From Raillietiella orientalis (lineage: Eukaryota): a stretch of DNA of 64,000 nucleotides. The DNA lies in the NCBI GenBank assembly GCA_036172245.1, contig JAYWIR010000002.1, positions 7,316,001-7,380,000 on the forward strand, written 5' to 3'. Below are positions 24,995 to 38,600 of the stretch, in pieces (position 1 is the stretch's first letter; each line of letters begins with the position of its first letter). Made by a program: the position numbers and the translations under genes. Below the pieces are notes generated by a model. It had not been told where the DNA came from. It saw only the letters and a program-made list of their open reading frames with translations, and did no database searches.

Positions 24995-27479
24995 GTGAGT
25001 ACCACCTCAGTACGGAATGCATGCTTTCGGAACAAGGTGTTTTTTTTTTTTGTTGTTGTTTTGTTTTCGTTTCGATAAATTGATCTTTCGCCTTACGCGA
25101 GATGCCCGTCGATGCGTGGAATGTACCCCTCCTCACTGCATACTTCTTGCAGCTCGAGCCGCATGATGCAAGCTCATTGCAGCATTTGTTCCCTCCCCCC
25201 CCCCCCAACCTTTCCCTCTTAGTCTGTGGCGCTTTCGAGATGACGGTTGGTGCGGATTGTCTTCTCGTGCACCGGACAGAAGCGCTCTGCCTCTGAGGAG
25301 CGGTCGATCCTGCCGACTTTCGCAACCCCCCCGCCGAGCCTCGACCGGCACGTGGTTTCACCTTCTTTCGTGAGAACCGAGGCTTCAGGAGTTTCTCATT
25401 TTGCTCTTGGCAGTATTCTCGAGCAGGCTTTCTCCCTTTACATCCTTCCAGTAAATCAGACATCGGACATTGCAAGATGGTGGCGGTTTCGGTGAGCCTG
25501 TTTCCCAGCTGCCTCTTCCAGTGCGCGATCGACGGTGCTCGTCTGGCATTTCCCGGTTCGTTTTGGTGAAAGCTGAACGCCAGATGGTGTCCCCGAGGCA
25601 TGTCCCGAGCCTTTGCTGTAAGGCGGACGCGCGAACCCGGAGGTGACGACGTCAGGCCCGCGCGCGCGCCTCATCCTGACCGAACGCGCGTAAAACTCTC
25701 CTCCGAGGATCGAACGATCGTTCCGGAGCGTGTTTCGCCATTCCCTTCCACGGGACCTGCCGGACCTCCTTCCGCTCTGAGTGTCTGTCCCTCTCCCCCC
25801 ACGTTCCTTACGCGCGCGTCATCCACGCTTTGTGAGGTCCCCTCTGGAACTCGTTCTCCTCGCCTCTGGTTCGAGTTCCAGGGCCGTCTGCCCTGATTTC
25901 TTCGTTGTCAACTGACTCAAGGGGATCCCCAAGGAACTCTGGGGGGGCGGGGGATTCCTGGAGATTCACTCTGTTCCTGCGGACGTTTGCACACTGTTCC
26001 TTTCATCTCTTGTTTTCGTGTTCTTTCGTTGATGGCTCTCGTTCGAGTTGATCCAAGTGATTTGGGATGATGTCACCGCACTTTTGGAATGCTCGACTCG
26101 CACATCAAGCGGATGTCTCGAGAAGGAAAAGAAACACACACACACAAAATGTTGGAAGTTTGCGCGTTGTCTTCTCCGCGCCGCAAAAGTGTCCGTCCGC
26201 ATTCTTTGAAGCACTTGGCGGCCAAACGCGCGTTGTCTGCGCGCAACAAGAACGTGGAAGACTCGCAGAAGCGCTTCTTATCAGGGCCTTCTGAGGATTC
26301 GGCCGTGCGAAGAGACCGGGTGGTCGAGCCAGGGTATAACGATACAGCGACTAGACGGATGCTGTTCCTCCAGCCTCATTCGGCCGGTTCTCAACAACAG
26401 AGATCTTGCTCCGAAAACAAAAAGGCAAGCAAACGAACGGCCTCGGCCGCGTGTCTTCCTCCTCCACCTTTCCCTCCCTGCCCCGTTTGGTTTCTGCGGT
26501 CGCTGGCCGAAGGTTCTGTAGATCTTTCCTTTGCATCATCACCTAAAGGTATGTGGTCTTCTCCCTGTCACTTGTCCGCCGCGTCGTATCTTTTCATTGT
26601 TTCTGCACAGAATCTCTCTTTTTTTTTTTTTTTTTTTTCCCATTTCAAACGGCAGCAATAAAGTTGATGGCGAAGGCACTCGTCTTTTCCGGTGCTCTCT
26701 TGGTCATGAGTTGGCGACTCTCCTTTGTTTAAACAGCCTCGAGACAGCTTAACTCTAGCCGATGTCGGAATGCTTTAGAGACATGAACTGCCGGGAATGG
26801 TGACCACCGACATGGTCATCCCGAGCGCGAAGTTCATGGGGTCTAACCTAGCGCCTAATTTGTAGGAGGGATCTGCGTCGGGCGTGGGTCCGCCCACCGA
26901 CCGGAGAAATGTGTCCTCTTCCTCGTTCGTGTTCTGTGCACGGCCGTGCGCCGAGTTGGTTCCTTCGGCCGCTCAACTCGTCAGCTCCCCGCGCTTGCTG
27001 TTTCCGCTTTTCCTGTTGACGGACTGAAAGCGCTCGGGAGACAGAGAATGGCGTCTCGGTCAGCTGGGCTTTCTGAGCAGGCAGAGATAAGATGACCATT
27101 CGTTTCCCAGTGAAGGTGGTGGAACCTCCTCCCGTTCTTTGTCTTCGACCCTGTGCCGGAAAGAACGGCAGTGACTCCCAACTGGACTTTTGGGTTCAAC
27201 CCGACATCCGCCGTTTGTTTTTCACGGATGCTGTTGAGCCGACACGTGTCTGTATCAGATCATTGCTGATGATCCGCGAATGCTGATGCCATCGTGCTTG
27301 CTATCATTTTCAAGATCCTCTTATCGTGCGGATGGGCTGGCCGCCAGCAGACTGAGATGACTGTTGAGGGTGCTCAGCTTCGAGAGCATCACGAGCGAGT
27401 CTGGACGGATTGCGAAGGTGGGTCACCTTCGAAAGAGGGAAAGGTCGGCCGAGGGAGGAGTAGGAGACGAGGCGGATGA

Positions 27480-28020
27480 AATCCGACGGTAGCGAGAGAC
27501 CGGCATCCAGCGGCGAGCAGGTTGGAGCAAAGCCCTTGCCTTAAACACGGAAGGGTCGGATCTAATGCGATCCACGAGGAATTCGCGGTTGTGAACACAC
27601 TGCTCGTCCAGATGGGGAGGTCGGGAGAGATGAGTGCCGTTACACGACGGAGCTCGTTGGGAGGCACTTGGAGGACGGGCGCAAGAGAGGCCGTCTGGGT
27701 TCCTTGGGTTTTCCATTTCGATGTCTCGGGAGTGCACGACGGAAAATTTCCAACTTCCGCCTTCGTATTCCAAAATGGCTGGCGTCGGATGGGCAGCCAT
27801 AAACGAGAGCATGCGGCGCGTTTATCGATCAGTGTGAAGTGTCTGCGCGTGCAGCACGTGTGAATGCCACGCGAAAAACTTTCCGTGGGTGTTGGCAGCA
27901 TCGAGAGTAAAGGTGGCGTGCGCCTCGGGCTGAAAAATCCCAGTCCAATTTCCGACCGTGACTCTTCGCCGAGAGATCTTTCGAGAGCGCGTCTCCGCAT
28001 CGAATCTTCCACGGTCTTCC
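27480..28020 (-). mobile_element. Decayed LINE RT C-terminal fragment in the B4GAT1 intron
   Basis: Minus strand KDLSAKSHGRKLDW then LSFMAAHPTPAILEYEGGSW..DIEMENPR, resembling KYLGVxIxxxLxW and LxxYxxxxRPILEYAxxVW..IxxLExIQR. Confidence 0.35.
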
Positions 28021-28641
28021 AGAGCAGCCTGCATGCCGCGGGTTCTTGGCGGTTTGCTGGCGCACCTCCCCTGCCGCCGTGCGCCCCCTTCGGAAACCGG
28101 AAGCCTCTCTCCTGTCTACCCGCTCCCCGCTTTGTGAACCGAGGTTTCCCCCTAACCGGAAATGGCAGGCGCTGTCATCCAGGAGTTTTTTTTTCTGTTG
28201 TTGTTGTTGTTTTGAAACATGCCAGCCGTTCACGCCCCCGCCGCTGCAGATTGCTCCGAACCTCTGAATGGAGACCACGTGCCATGTGAAACGGAGGAGG
28301 TGCGCGGAGGAGAGTTCCAGGAATCCAACCGAATTCGTGCCGACTCCACGCACCCGTAGGCACGGAGACTTTGCATCGGCAAAAAATATTCGGCTCGGAA
28401 CTTTTCGGCTTCTTGCTTCGCCCCTTTCAGAGCGTGGCGTGGAAGAAAGTCCGATTCCAGGTGCAAAAAACTCCTCGAAAGACAGCGCCTTCGACAGCCG
28501 GGTTGAAGAGGCAGTTGCGCCTCTCGCCGAGGTGTGGAGTGAACGCTCCTACAGCTGCCTGCAAAAAAAAAAAAAAAAAAGAATGGGTAAAGAACGAGGG
28601 AAGCAAAAGTGCAGCGAAAGCTGAACTTTCCCTTACACGGG

Positions 28642-28770
28642 CTGTTCTTTTCCCTACCGGCTTAGCCGCCGGACTCGAAAGACCGAGCGCCTGTCTCTCC
28701 GTTCCGAATCGCCCGCTCCCTCAGCGTGCGGAATCGGGAACCAAGTCATCTTGGGAATTCTCGCTTCGTC
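28642..28770 (+). repeat. Dispersed ~130-bp direct repeat, copy 1 (partner 30923-31052)
   Basis: CTGTTCTTTTCCCTACCGGCTTAGCCGCCGGACTC...CGTTCCGAATCG...TGCGGAATCGGGAACCAAGTCATCTTGGGAATTCTCGCTT aligns almost without gaps to copy 2. Confidence 0.88.
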
Positions 28771-30922
28771 CTTCCACTGTCCTTTTCTGGTTACCGGCCT
28801 TTCCGTGGACCCTTCGAGTCTGCGGGACGACTTTGGGGCGTCCTGTTGAGAGCGGGCGCCAAGCCTCGTGACAGGAAACAAAGGGTTGCTGCATTCGCGC
28901 GGACGCTCCCTGCGCGTTGAAACTGCTGGGCTTGGAAAGTCTGCACGGACGCCCGCGGATTTCGTCCGAGGAAAATAGTCCGCACGTACACCACCACCAC
29001 CACCACCACGTCAGGGAACGTGGGATGCCACCCATGTCATGCGAACGCCGTGCGGGTGCTGTTCGTTGTTTCGTGAACTCATTTCGCTCCAAAGTTCAGC
29101 GCGTGTTACTGTCTGACCAGGTTGATATGTTACCTGACCTTCCCCAAAGCAAGGAGTGCGTGTGCGTCGGAATTTCCTTCTTTTCTTTCTGTTTTCCTGC
29201 CGTCGTCGTCGCTGCTGCTGCTGCTGCTGCTCCCCTTCTCGCTTACTATGTGGCCGGCACGTCATCCCTCGAAAAGAGCGCCGAGAAACGCTGATGCTGT
29301 GTGTGGTCGCCTCTCAGAGACCCCGGTGCGCGATCCACTCTGTTCACAAGTATGGCGATTCCGTGCGGCGTCGCTTCTGCCGCTAATTACGATTTTTAAT
29401 TACAAATCGCTCCGCACATGAAATGATCGGGACCTCGTGGATCGCTTCGCGTGTCAGATTGTGTCAAGTTCGGTTGCCAAGTGCGAAAAGTTGGCGCGAG
29501 CTCTTCGCAGACGAGCGCGCTTGAGCACGCCGAGCTGCAGACGCGAGTGGGAGCTGCCGAATGGCTCGTTTGCTCCAGACGGGATTTCGTCAGTCGTGGT
29601 AGCTCGGCGCTCCCACCTCCCACGGAGACGTCCGTTTTCGAGTGAGCCAAGTGGAGCGCTGGTTCTCCAAGAAGGGAAATCGATGCCTCGGCATCGCACC
29701 TTCCCGCGTGATTTGCGAGGCAGAACTATGGGTTTCCAAATTTGCTCACAGTGGTAGCCAAGACCCCAAGAACGGCTGTCCTCGCATCAAGAACGAATTA
29801 CTTGTGGCTTCCAAAGGCTTCCGTTATCAAATGGCAGAACGTATCCGTTTTGTGTGCTGGAGAAGAGAAAACAAAAGGATTTTTCCTTCTCTTTTCCTTC
29901 TTAGCGCGCCCATGGTTTCCATTACAGAGGTCGCTGCTTTTTCTTTGGAAGAATGCCTCTCCCAGGAATGGGAACGATAAGCTGTAGACACCAGTGGTCA
30001 TCTCGTGCGCACGTGTCGCTCGTGATTGACCGGGCACTCGGTGCAGCTTTTTGTTTGTAATGGTCACCAGCTTCAAGCGCCCCATCTTCCGTATCAAAGA
30101 AGTTTGCGCCTGGCATCTTTGTGTCCAAGGACATCAGTGTTGTCAACTGTTCTACACCCGAGGGTTTGCCTGGTTGTCTTGTTGTTGTCTGTTGCATTCT
30201 TCCAGTAACGGACGCTTTCTCTCTCTCTCTCTCTCTCCCTCCTCCAGCGCGCTTTCGAGCTGCATCCGTTCCATTTGGTTGCTTGAGGACCTTCTAGCAT
30301 GGCGCTAAGGCAGTGCAGTAGTCACCTTTTTCCACGGTTCACGTCTTGTATGATGTGGTGCTTCGTTCGTGTAACTTTCGCAGACGTAGAAGCTGGCCAA
30401 AGCGCCGAATTTTCTTGCTTGCGAGGTGTCGCGCTGCACTTCAAAACAAATAGTGTCCAGAAAAGGCCTCACCCCTCCGTTGTCGTTCTGCAGTTCAATT
30501 ATATCTGTCTGCAGAAGCGGAAATGTTTGGGTCGACTTAACTGGTTCTGCAGATTGCCGTGTCTGTCTCCCGTCACATCAGCTGACAAGAGGCGGCTTTC
30601 TTGCTCGTTATCGATAATGCTTTTAGGACAAGCACACTTGTTTTTTGTTTGTTTTCTTAAGGGGAGAGGGAGAATGGGAGACACGTGAGCCCTGGCACAT
30701 CCGATGGGAACCCAGCAAGGTGCGAGGGTCCAAAGGAAAGGTGGCGTTGCATCCTCAGGTGAGTTCCCAAGGATGCAACGACAGCTCTCACACTGAGTTG
30801 CAGGAATTTGGAAATTATTGCAAAAATTTCACGGGTCAGTGTTAATTGAGGATCGCAATTCGTCTTTGTCCGTGGAAGGGACAGGCAGTCTTGTTCTTTA
30901 CGCGGGTTACCTTCACCCTACC

Positions 30923-31052
30923 CTGCTCTTTTCCCGACCGGCTTAGCCACCGGGCTCCGATGAACCACGCGTGTGCCGCGGCGTTCCGATTCGGCTGCTC
31001 CTTCCATATGCGGGATCGGGAGCAAAATCATTCTGGGAATTCTTGCTTTGCC
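30923..31052 (+). repeat. Dispersed ~130-bp direct repeat, copy 2
   Basis: CTGCTCTTTTCCCGACCGGCTTAGCCACCGGGCTC...CGTTCCGATTCG...TGCGGGATCGGGAGCAAAATCATTCTGGGAATTCTTGCTT. Confidence 0.88.
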
Positions 31053-33360
31053 TCCTCCTATTCTTCGCGGGAGACCCAAGTTCCTTCGTTGGTACGGTGC
31101 GTTGAACTCTTCGGCGACCGGAATTTTCTCGCCTCTAGTGCATTCGGAAAGATTTCAGCTAACCAGGGCTGGCCAAACAGCACGCCAAGGCTATCCTTGA
31201 CCGAAAACATTTCGCAGGGTCAATAGGAAGCGTCCGCCTAGTGAGACCGAAAGTATCCGCGCTGGAGGTGAATCCGACAGCCAGCATCGAGCCAGCTGCC
31301 TCCTGCGCGTCTGCCGTTCTGTCTGACGTGCTGGCTGTGCAAAGGTGTTTGCTTGGAAGTTTTGGTTTCGCCCCCCCCTCCCCTCCGAACTGAAACATCC
31401 GCGCAGCAGCCCTTCAAAAGGGAGGGGAGGGGACACGGGCGAACAACGAACTCTGCGTTTCCTTAGCAGAGCAGGCATCCTTGGTTCGCGGAAAAGAGCT
31501 TCTCCGGGAGAGCGGCGACATCGAGAACGACTCCGGCGCCGAGTTTCGTAGTCATAAAGTACACAGGTTGAATACGCTGGCAGGACCCCCCTCCCCTCCC
31601 TACGGAACAAGAAACATAGCGTAGGAACTGACCAGCGACCCGTACGACTCCTGTGAGGGTATCGCTCAGCAAAGCACAGAACATCTAGTTGATGCATGGA
31701 TGGGAAACGCTGCAAACGTGGCGCAAGAGTTCACGCACCAGCTTTTTTGTACGTACGTTTTTATAGCGATATCTACGTACAGTGAGATCGAAAACAAGAC
31801 ACTCGTGTGCATACTTTTGGTGTCTCGTCTTCGATCGGCAGACCACGTCTCTGCCCAGCCTTGATCTCTGCTCTACAGGCCAACTGGGGGTGATTTTGCC
31901 CTGGCATGGCGGGCAGCGAAGAACTGAACTGCAGTCGGATTTTGTTTTCCCTTTCTCTTTCTTTCGGTACTCTTTTTTTTTTTTTTCCTTGCTTGGATGC
32001 CTGCACGGAGTGCATCCAAGCAAGTTCCTTCGTACAGCTGACAAAACATTCCGGTCCAATCGTACATGTAATGTAAAAACTACCACTGAGGACCACCGCG
32101 GAACGGAACGAGAAGGCCGTGAAGAAACTCAGAAAGGAGAAATAACTTTCGGGGATCGCAATGCTGCTCACATGTGACAAGAGCACGAGGTCTTAGAGCC
32201 CCTGAACGGTTCGGCTTCCTGTCTTTTCCTGTCGACTCCGAGCAGCAGCAGCGGCTGTGTCATCAGCCGCGAACATGCGTGCGTTTTCGTTTCTTCCGCC
32301 ATGATTTCGAGGACTCGTGGGCTTCGGGGCGTTGCTCGTCGCTGCCATTTTATAGAGGAGCTCTCGCAGCATCCAGCGGTAACCCTTGTCAGCTGATTGC
32401 CGTGATTTTGACGGTGTTGTGCGGATTTCCTGCCGAACACCATTCGAATCATGAGGGTCCGATAGCCTTCTGGCAGTCCTCATCGCGGTTGCTTCATTTC
32501 ATGGGAGATTTCTTTCACACCCACGTGTTTTGTTCCGAGTCGCGTTCCACGTGTGTTGAGGCCGTCTTGTTATTGAACTGGGATTTTCTTCCTTAACCTG
32601 AAACGAACGCCGGCTTAAGTCCTGAAATGTAGGGCGTACGTTTTCGCCATACCGACCTTTTTTTTTGTGTTTTTTGTTTTTTTTTAATTTCAAAGCAAAG
32701 AGCAGACTCGGTTGACCCCATCCAAGACAGTGCAGAAAATACGGAGCTCTTTCAATATCCGGGATTCTGATTTCCGTCTTCACCTTTTCCATTTCATGAC
32801 GTCGTGTCCAGTCACCACTTCTAGGAAGCTCTGCGCACGGGCAATATCGTGGTCGAGGAATTCCGCTGAGGCGCGATCATTGCTAGTTGAAAACTTCTAG
32901 GAAACTGCCTTTGTCCTTCGCGTGGTTATTCTGCCACGAATCGGTGGTGTCTGGAAACGCATCTTCTTTGTTCCGAAGGCTTCCAATGGTGCCCTGACGT
33001 TCCTTGACACACAGTCTGCTTGACCGTGGCCACACTTGCCATCGTAAATCACTTCTTCCTTCGAGTTGGCCACTCCGGTGTTCTCTGTCCATTCCGTGGC
33101 TCGTGATGATGCCTTAACCACCCATGTTGTCGATGAGTTGATTCCCTTCGCTCCGAATATCTAATTACGCCACCCAGTAAATAATTTGCTCATACGAGAG
33201 TTTTTGATTTACTGTTAGCTTCCCAAACTGACAGCTGCCAGACTTCCTGCTTAGCATCCCTGCAAGTTCCTGCTGCATGGTTTCCACATCCTTTACAACT
33301 GATTTTCTTCGATCCGCTCAAGTGGCTCATCACTGTAAAGGATAAACCCTCTGAGCCCGC

Positions 33361-33680
33361 TCAAGTAGTTGATCTCAACACGCTGAAGTCAGACGTAAGT
33401 GCGTGCACACCTCGCACTGTACGAGGTTGGAGTTTTCCCCTATTTGGATAAAGCCCTAACCCCTTGAAGGCGGAAGCTACGAACCCTTCACCAATTTTTC
33501 CCTTCCCGATGCCCTTCAGAAAGTGCATCTTGCAGTGGCGTTCTGCCGCGGTAAGCCCATGCTGCTTGCCGGTAGCACATAACGGTACGATAACGGTATC
33601 CTGTGAAGATGTAAATACAAAGTTCGAAATCGACTCAATACGTGTGACCCGTGCTCCGGTCACTGTGCCATTGCGATTTT
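33361..33680 (-). mobile_element. Possible pogo/Tigger/Fot1-type (DDE_1) transposase remnant
   Basis: TVIVPLCATG (cf. TVxxCxNAxG) and VASAFKGLGLYP (cf. IxSGFRxxGIYP) in ORF 33361-33663; weak and internally deleted. Confidence 0.3.
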
Positions 33681-33889
33681 TCGGGACGACCTAATGAGTT
33701 AGTGCTTTGCATGTTTCTCGACTGTTCTTTTTTGTGTGTGCGCGCGCGCGTGCCACATTTGGCCACAAACACATTGTGTGTTTGCGCGTGCGTGTGTGTG
33801 TTTGTTTGTCTTTTTACACTAGTTGTTTTATGCCTCAGCAATTCAGCTACTCTGCCATGTTATTTTCATCGTAAATCTCCGTATGATCC

Positions 33890-34600
33890 ACATCATTGGA
33901 TGAGAATGGCGTCGCTGTTTTTGAACGATAATGGGGAGTGGATTCTCGTAACCGTTGCCGGAGGAAAAGAATTTTGCGCAACTCTTGCAGTGGTTATGGG
34001 AGGGCAGAAGAGTAAGGTGTTCCTTGCTGTTTGCGTTCTCGAGCGTGGAGCTGCGAGGCACATGCAGTTTGCGGTGGATCGGCCGACTGCCACGCATAGG
34101 TTGACCTGTGTCCCGGTACTTATTTTTTCGGACTTCCTTCGTCAGGGTGGCCATCTGCGTTGCCATCACGAAGGTGTGCGCTTCCTGCAGTTTCGGTCGG
34201 TTTCCGGGTGTCCCGTTTCGGCCCCGGAGACTTTGGAAATCTTTATCCTTGCAAACATGTAGTTGAGGCTGAAGAACCGTTGGGTTTGTCAGATTTGGTT
34301 GTTGGTTCCAACTGTTTACCCGCCGCCAATCGAGGAAAGCAGCCGAATTCACCCATTTGCTGTCAAGGGGGAGTTGGCGGTACATGTCATCCCCAAGTCT
34401 GCGTACATCTGTAGTGTGTGTTTCACTCATCGCTGTTTGCATCCGTTTTCCACCACACCGTCTTCGTGCTCATAGAATCTGTGCAAAACGAATGCTTCGC
34501 CTGCTCTAGATTCCGTCAGTCAACCCATCACTGCAGTGGTATTTGAAAGTGAGTGCCCATTACCGACTCTTTAGCCACTATACGCTACGTTCATCCTCTC
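33890..34600 (-). mobile_element. Decayed 3' part of an RNase H-bearing LINE (I/R1-type)
   Basis: Minus strand FCTDSMST (cf. RNase H IxTDSxSA), then NCMC..QTARNTLLFCP (cf. C-terminal CCHC knuckle CxCG..ETxxHxLxxCP) in the expected order. Confidence 0.4.
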
Positions 34601-35378
34601 CTGCTTGTACCAGACAGTGTGCTCTTCGTGCATTTGGTTTCATCTCGCTTCGTCCGCTTCTGTACTCAAATTAAACGAGTGTTTCTTATTATTTTCTGTA
34701 TTTTATTTTATTTTTTTGAACTTACGCTGTTCCTGGTAACTGGTTTTCTTCGATCCGATTCAGCCTTCGGTGCGTTTTGGTGACAAGTTGATGGCGAGTC
34801 TTTGAATGATTTTATTAGCGTGGTGCCCCCCCTTCCCTCCGTTGAAACGATGCGAAGTTGACCCGTATGCCCTTCTGTGCAGACGGGCAACACTTTTGCC
34901 GCTCCCTTTCGATTGTTTTGCATTCGTTTGCCCTCATGGAACAGACTCTTCGTTCTAAAAATCTATTAAAAAAAAAAAAAAAAAAAAAAAAAGCAAACAA
35001 ACCGTGCACGTATCCTTTTGTCATTTCGGTTTCCCAGTGATGCTTCCACTGCGGGCTTCGTAGAAAAAAAAAAAAAAAAAAAAACACTAATGTAACAAGT
35101 CCAATGCAGTCTTATACCGTCACGTCTCTTTTTCCCGAATAAATATTTGTTCCTTCGATTTTTAAACGTCGGCTGCTGCTGCTGCTGCTGCAGAAGCAGT
35201 CAGCGGATCCGAGTCGAAAGCCAATGCGGAAAAGGTCGTGGCGAATCGACCCTCTTCCGGAAGTGACTCTCATTCCACCACGAAAGAAAGTCGATGCGCG
35301 AGATCGGCTCGCTCGAAACCCGAAAATTCTTGTGCGGTGACCACCTCAAGTCATAAGTCGTTCTTCTTCTCGTTGCAG

Positions 35379-35576
35379 ATGTACATTCTGTGCCTTCAAG
35401 ATTACGAGTTTCACATCTTGAACAACGTTTTTCTCGTACACAAACCCGGAATCAAAAAATCTACCCTCAACAAGGAAAGGAGGAAGATCACTTTTCAGCA
35501 GAGACGATTCATCGATCAGATCGTTGCTCACGAACTGGAAGTCATCTATGGGACCAACAAGAATTGTACTCTTTAA
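35379..35576 (+). CDS. B4GAT1: B4GAT1-like, coding exon 2 (C-terminus)
   Basis: Acceptor TTCTTCTTCTCGTTGCAG ending 35378; MYILCLQDYEFHILNNVFLVHKPG...YGTNKNCTL* is the expected GT49 C-terminus, in phase with exon 1. Joined protein is 443 aa. Confidence 0.92.
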   Translation: MYILCLQDYEFHILNNVFLVHKPGIKKSTLNKERRKITFQQRRFIDQIVAHELEVIYGTNKNCTL

Positions 35577-35594
35577 TTACTTCATGATGATATA

Positions 35595-35600
35595 AATAAA
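35595..35600 (+). terminator. Candidate polyadenylation signal for B4GAT1-like
   Basis: AATAAA ~20 nt after the stop codon, followed by a TG/T-rich tract. Confidence 0.45.
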
Positions 35601-38600
35601 TCACTGTTGGTGCTTCTGCCCCCAGTGGAACTTTTTGTTTTCAGTGGATGGAATTGAAAGAAGCTGCCGGCTGAAGTGCAGCTGCTGCTCGTGTGACCGA
35701 AAAACTTAAACCCGGCTAGTAACTGATCTGGTTCCTTCACTCGCTGGAGGTCATGTTGCTCGGGTGGATATGGTCCAGGAGCAAGCCATCCTCCGCCATA
35801 GCAAGTGGCCCAGAGTTGCCGTTTTGCTCGTAGTACCAGAAGGTGGTGATGATGAATCGAGGGTTCCACTCAGCAGCCACTGTGAAAACCCATTAGAAAC
35901 CCGATGTCGTAATCGAGCATTTTCGCAGGAGCAGGGCGGAGTCTTGACGTGTGACTCTTTGATCGCAAAACTAAAGTAGGAAAGCGAACGCGTGCATTCA
36001 TTGCATCACCGTGTGTTTCGTTTCCTTCGAATTCGTGTTTGATATTGCAGTGCTTTTTCCATTTTTTTATCTTCTCCCCCTGGTAATCCTTCATCCCTGC
36101 TACTCTTCATTTTCTTTTCTTTTGTTTTTTATGAATTGGATTTCCGGTGTGCGTCGCACATGTCGCGCGCCAGAATCATCTTTGGAATATATCCCATACG
36201 ATGTGTCCCGAAGCTATGCAGCCCTTCTGCACGTAATTTCAAATAGAAGAAACTGGAATTCAAGGTTTCTCGAGGATCGCTGACTTTCTCTCGGAAAACA
36301 GGCCTCTTGCTTTCGGAGATAATTAGCAGGAGAAGCTCACTTTCTGTTGCTCGCAAGAGCAATTATCTGCTCTTGTTTTGTTGTGCAGAGTCATTAACAC
36401 GAATTAGTTGGGCACATACCTTTTTGTGCAACTTCTGGGGACGATTTCGTGTGTTCGAGAGGTTTTCTATCGTCTTTCCGATTCTCAAATCAAACACCTG
36501 CCCCACCAGAAGCTGTTCGAGTTTCGAAAAGTCACGGGACGCCTCGCTCTTGGGTGTGGATGACGAATCGGGAAAAGCTGCCACCCGCCTCACCTCAGAT
36601 GGGAGCAAATACTCAATAACCACAGTCCGTCAGCGTTTTTTTTTACCCGTGCTTTTTAGAATCTTGATGGCCTCTGTTGTGCAGCGACGTTGGTCCTTTG
36701 CTCCTCAGTTTCGAGTCACCCGCCATGTTGAGGACGTGCCGAAATCAGTTCAGGCGCACTTACAAAGTAATACACCTTCCAGCTGATGTCGAGCTCGGGT
36801 GCGTGTTTCTGCTGTTCAGTTTCGGACGTCGTGGCCCCCGCGACTTGGCCTCGCGGTCACGCATCTTCTTTGTCCCTTCTGCCCTTGGAGCACTCCGTGT
36901 ATGTTTGTTGTTCCACGTGCTTCTTTTCGGCTTCACGTTGTCGTATCGTCTCCTCCGTACCTTCGCACGCGACCCACATGGGTCCGGTTTCGCTCTGCGA
37001 GGAAGAGGAAACGTCGGTTCTCCGACCGGAAATCACACGCACAAGTAACACGTTGCCGTAGGGCTGTGTTTCTTCCCAAGCGTAATCACAGGAATGGAGA
37101 CAGCGGAACTTTTAGGTCTATTCGTTTCGAACATCATTCGGGTGTCATTCAAGTCCCTCAACCACGAGTGCGAATTCCGATGCTGCTCTGCAAACCATGC
37201 CTTTCCTCGCTCTTCGGCTGCTCTTCGAACATTGGAATTGGTTCGCAGAGCCTGAGGGAATACGGCGCTCATTCCACCCGAACCAGGAAGCGGTTCGGTC
37301 TGGATTCCCTCCCCGCGTGTCTTCGAGTTATGGTGGCGAGTCCCACCTGACTGTTTGCTCACCTCTCTTCTGCCGACCTACTCCGTTCGTCCTCCCGAGT
37401 CCCGGATGGTGAAGCATCCGGGACGCCAGCTCAATTCGGATTCCCTGTTGGAATCTATAATCCGGGTGTGTTCGTTGAAGGTACCGTCCGTCCAGAGCAA
37501 TCGTTCGGCCCGCGAGTCGAATGCGTGTCCAGAGAGATTTGTTTTCCGCGCCGCTTGCGTGCACCCGCCCAGAATGATGCACTTTTTCCTGGAACGCATC
37601 GCTCTACAATGGCGGCTGTAGAGCTTTTCATCGAAGCCCGTTGCCAGCTCCAGATAGAGACTCCAATTTCAACACTCTCGTGTTTTGTGAACAGAAGTTC
37701 CGTGTTTTTATGTGTGCGTTTCATTAGGGCTGAGCGTAAGCAATCATCAAAGTGGGATAAATGGAAAGAGTTAGGGTGAAAAAAAATGGAAGTAGAAGGG
37801 AAAAAAAGAAAACAGGGATTTCCTAAACGTTCTGGATCCGTTCCCTTTCGACTCAACAGAGGATATAGCCAAAGGCACTAATCCACACCGCTAACTTTTT
37901 TCTCCTGTGTTGATTAGGAGGTAGTTGCACGGGCCATGTCTTATCTTTTTCATTCAGGAGCCTTTCCTTTTTCCTTTTGCCTGCAGTTCCTCCCACGCCG
38001 TCGTTTACGGGAGTTACACTCGCTTTTTCACCCAATTACGCATCGAACAGCGCGGTTTTTGACGGCATCCTCTGCGCAAGTGCCCTTCTCGTTGTCAGAA
38101 CATCAAGCAGATGGCACTGGCAACCTGCGATGCTTGCGAAGCTCGAGAGTTGGCACAAAATGGGCGTTGCCGTTTCTTAATTGTGGCATCGGGGCATCAG
38201 GGGGGTTCGGTTGCCGCTGTGCATGCGGCGGCCTCCTAGACCGCACCGTGTGCCTCATCGAAGCGAGCTTGAGAGAATGCTCTCAGCCAGGTATCAGTGC
38301 TTGCAGTGAGACGGTAGTAAAACCCGCGAAGGGGGGTCGCCACCAATACCCCGCGTGAGCACCACGGTCATTGCGCCGTTTACCAGCGTGCCGTCTGCCA
38401 CGCAGAGATCGGTTCCAGAGAAAGAAAAAGCAGTCGGAGAATGTGAGCACTTGGACCGCCAGTGGGAACACCCACGAAAGACGAGTGCTGGGGTATAAGA
38501 GCCAGCTGTGCAAAGGTGGATGGCCTAACAGACCCGTGAACTCTTTACAAGATCAGAACTCCCGGTGGTCCAGGGTAGAACCCCGAGCAGTGGGTGTCCT

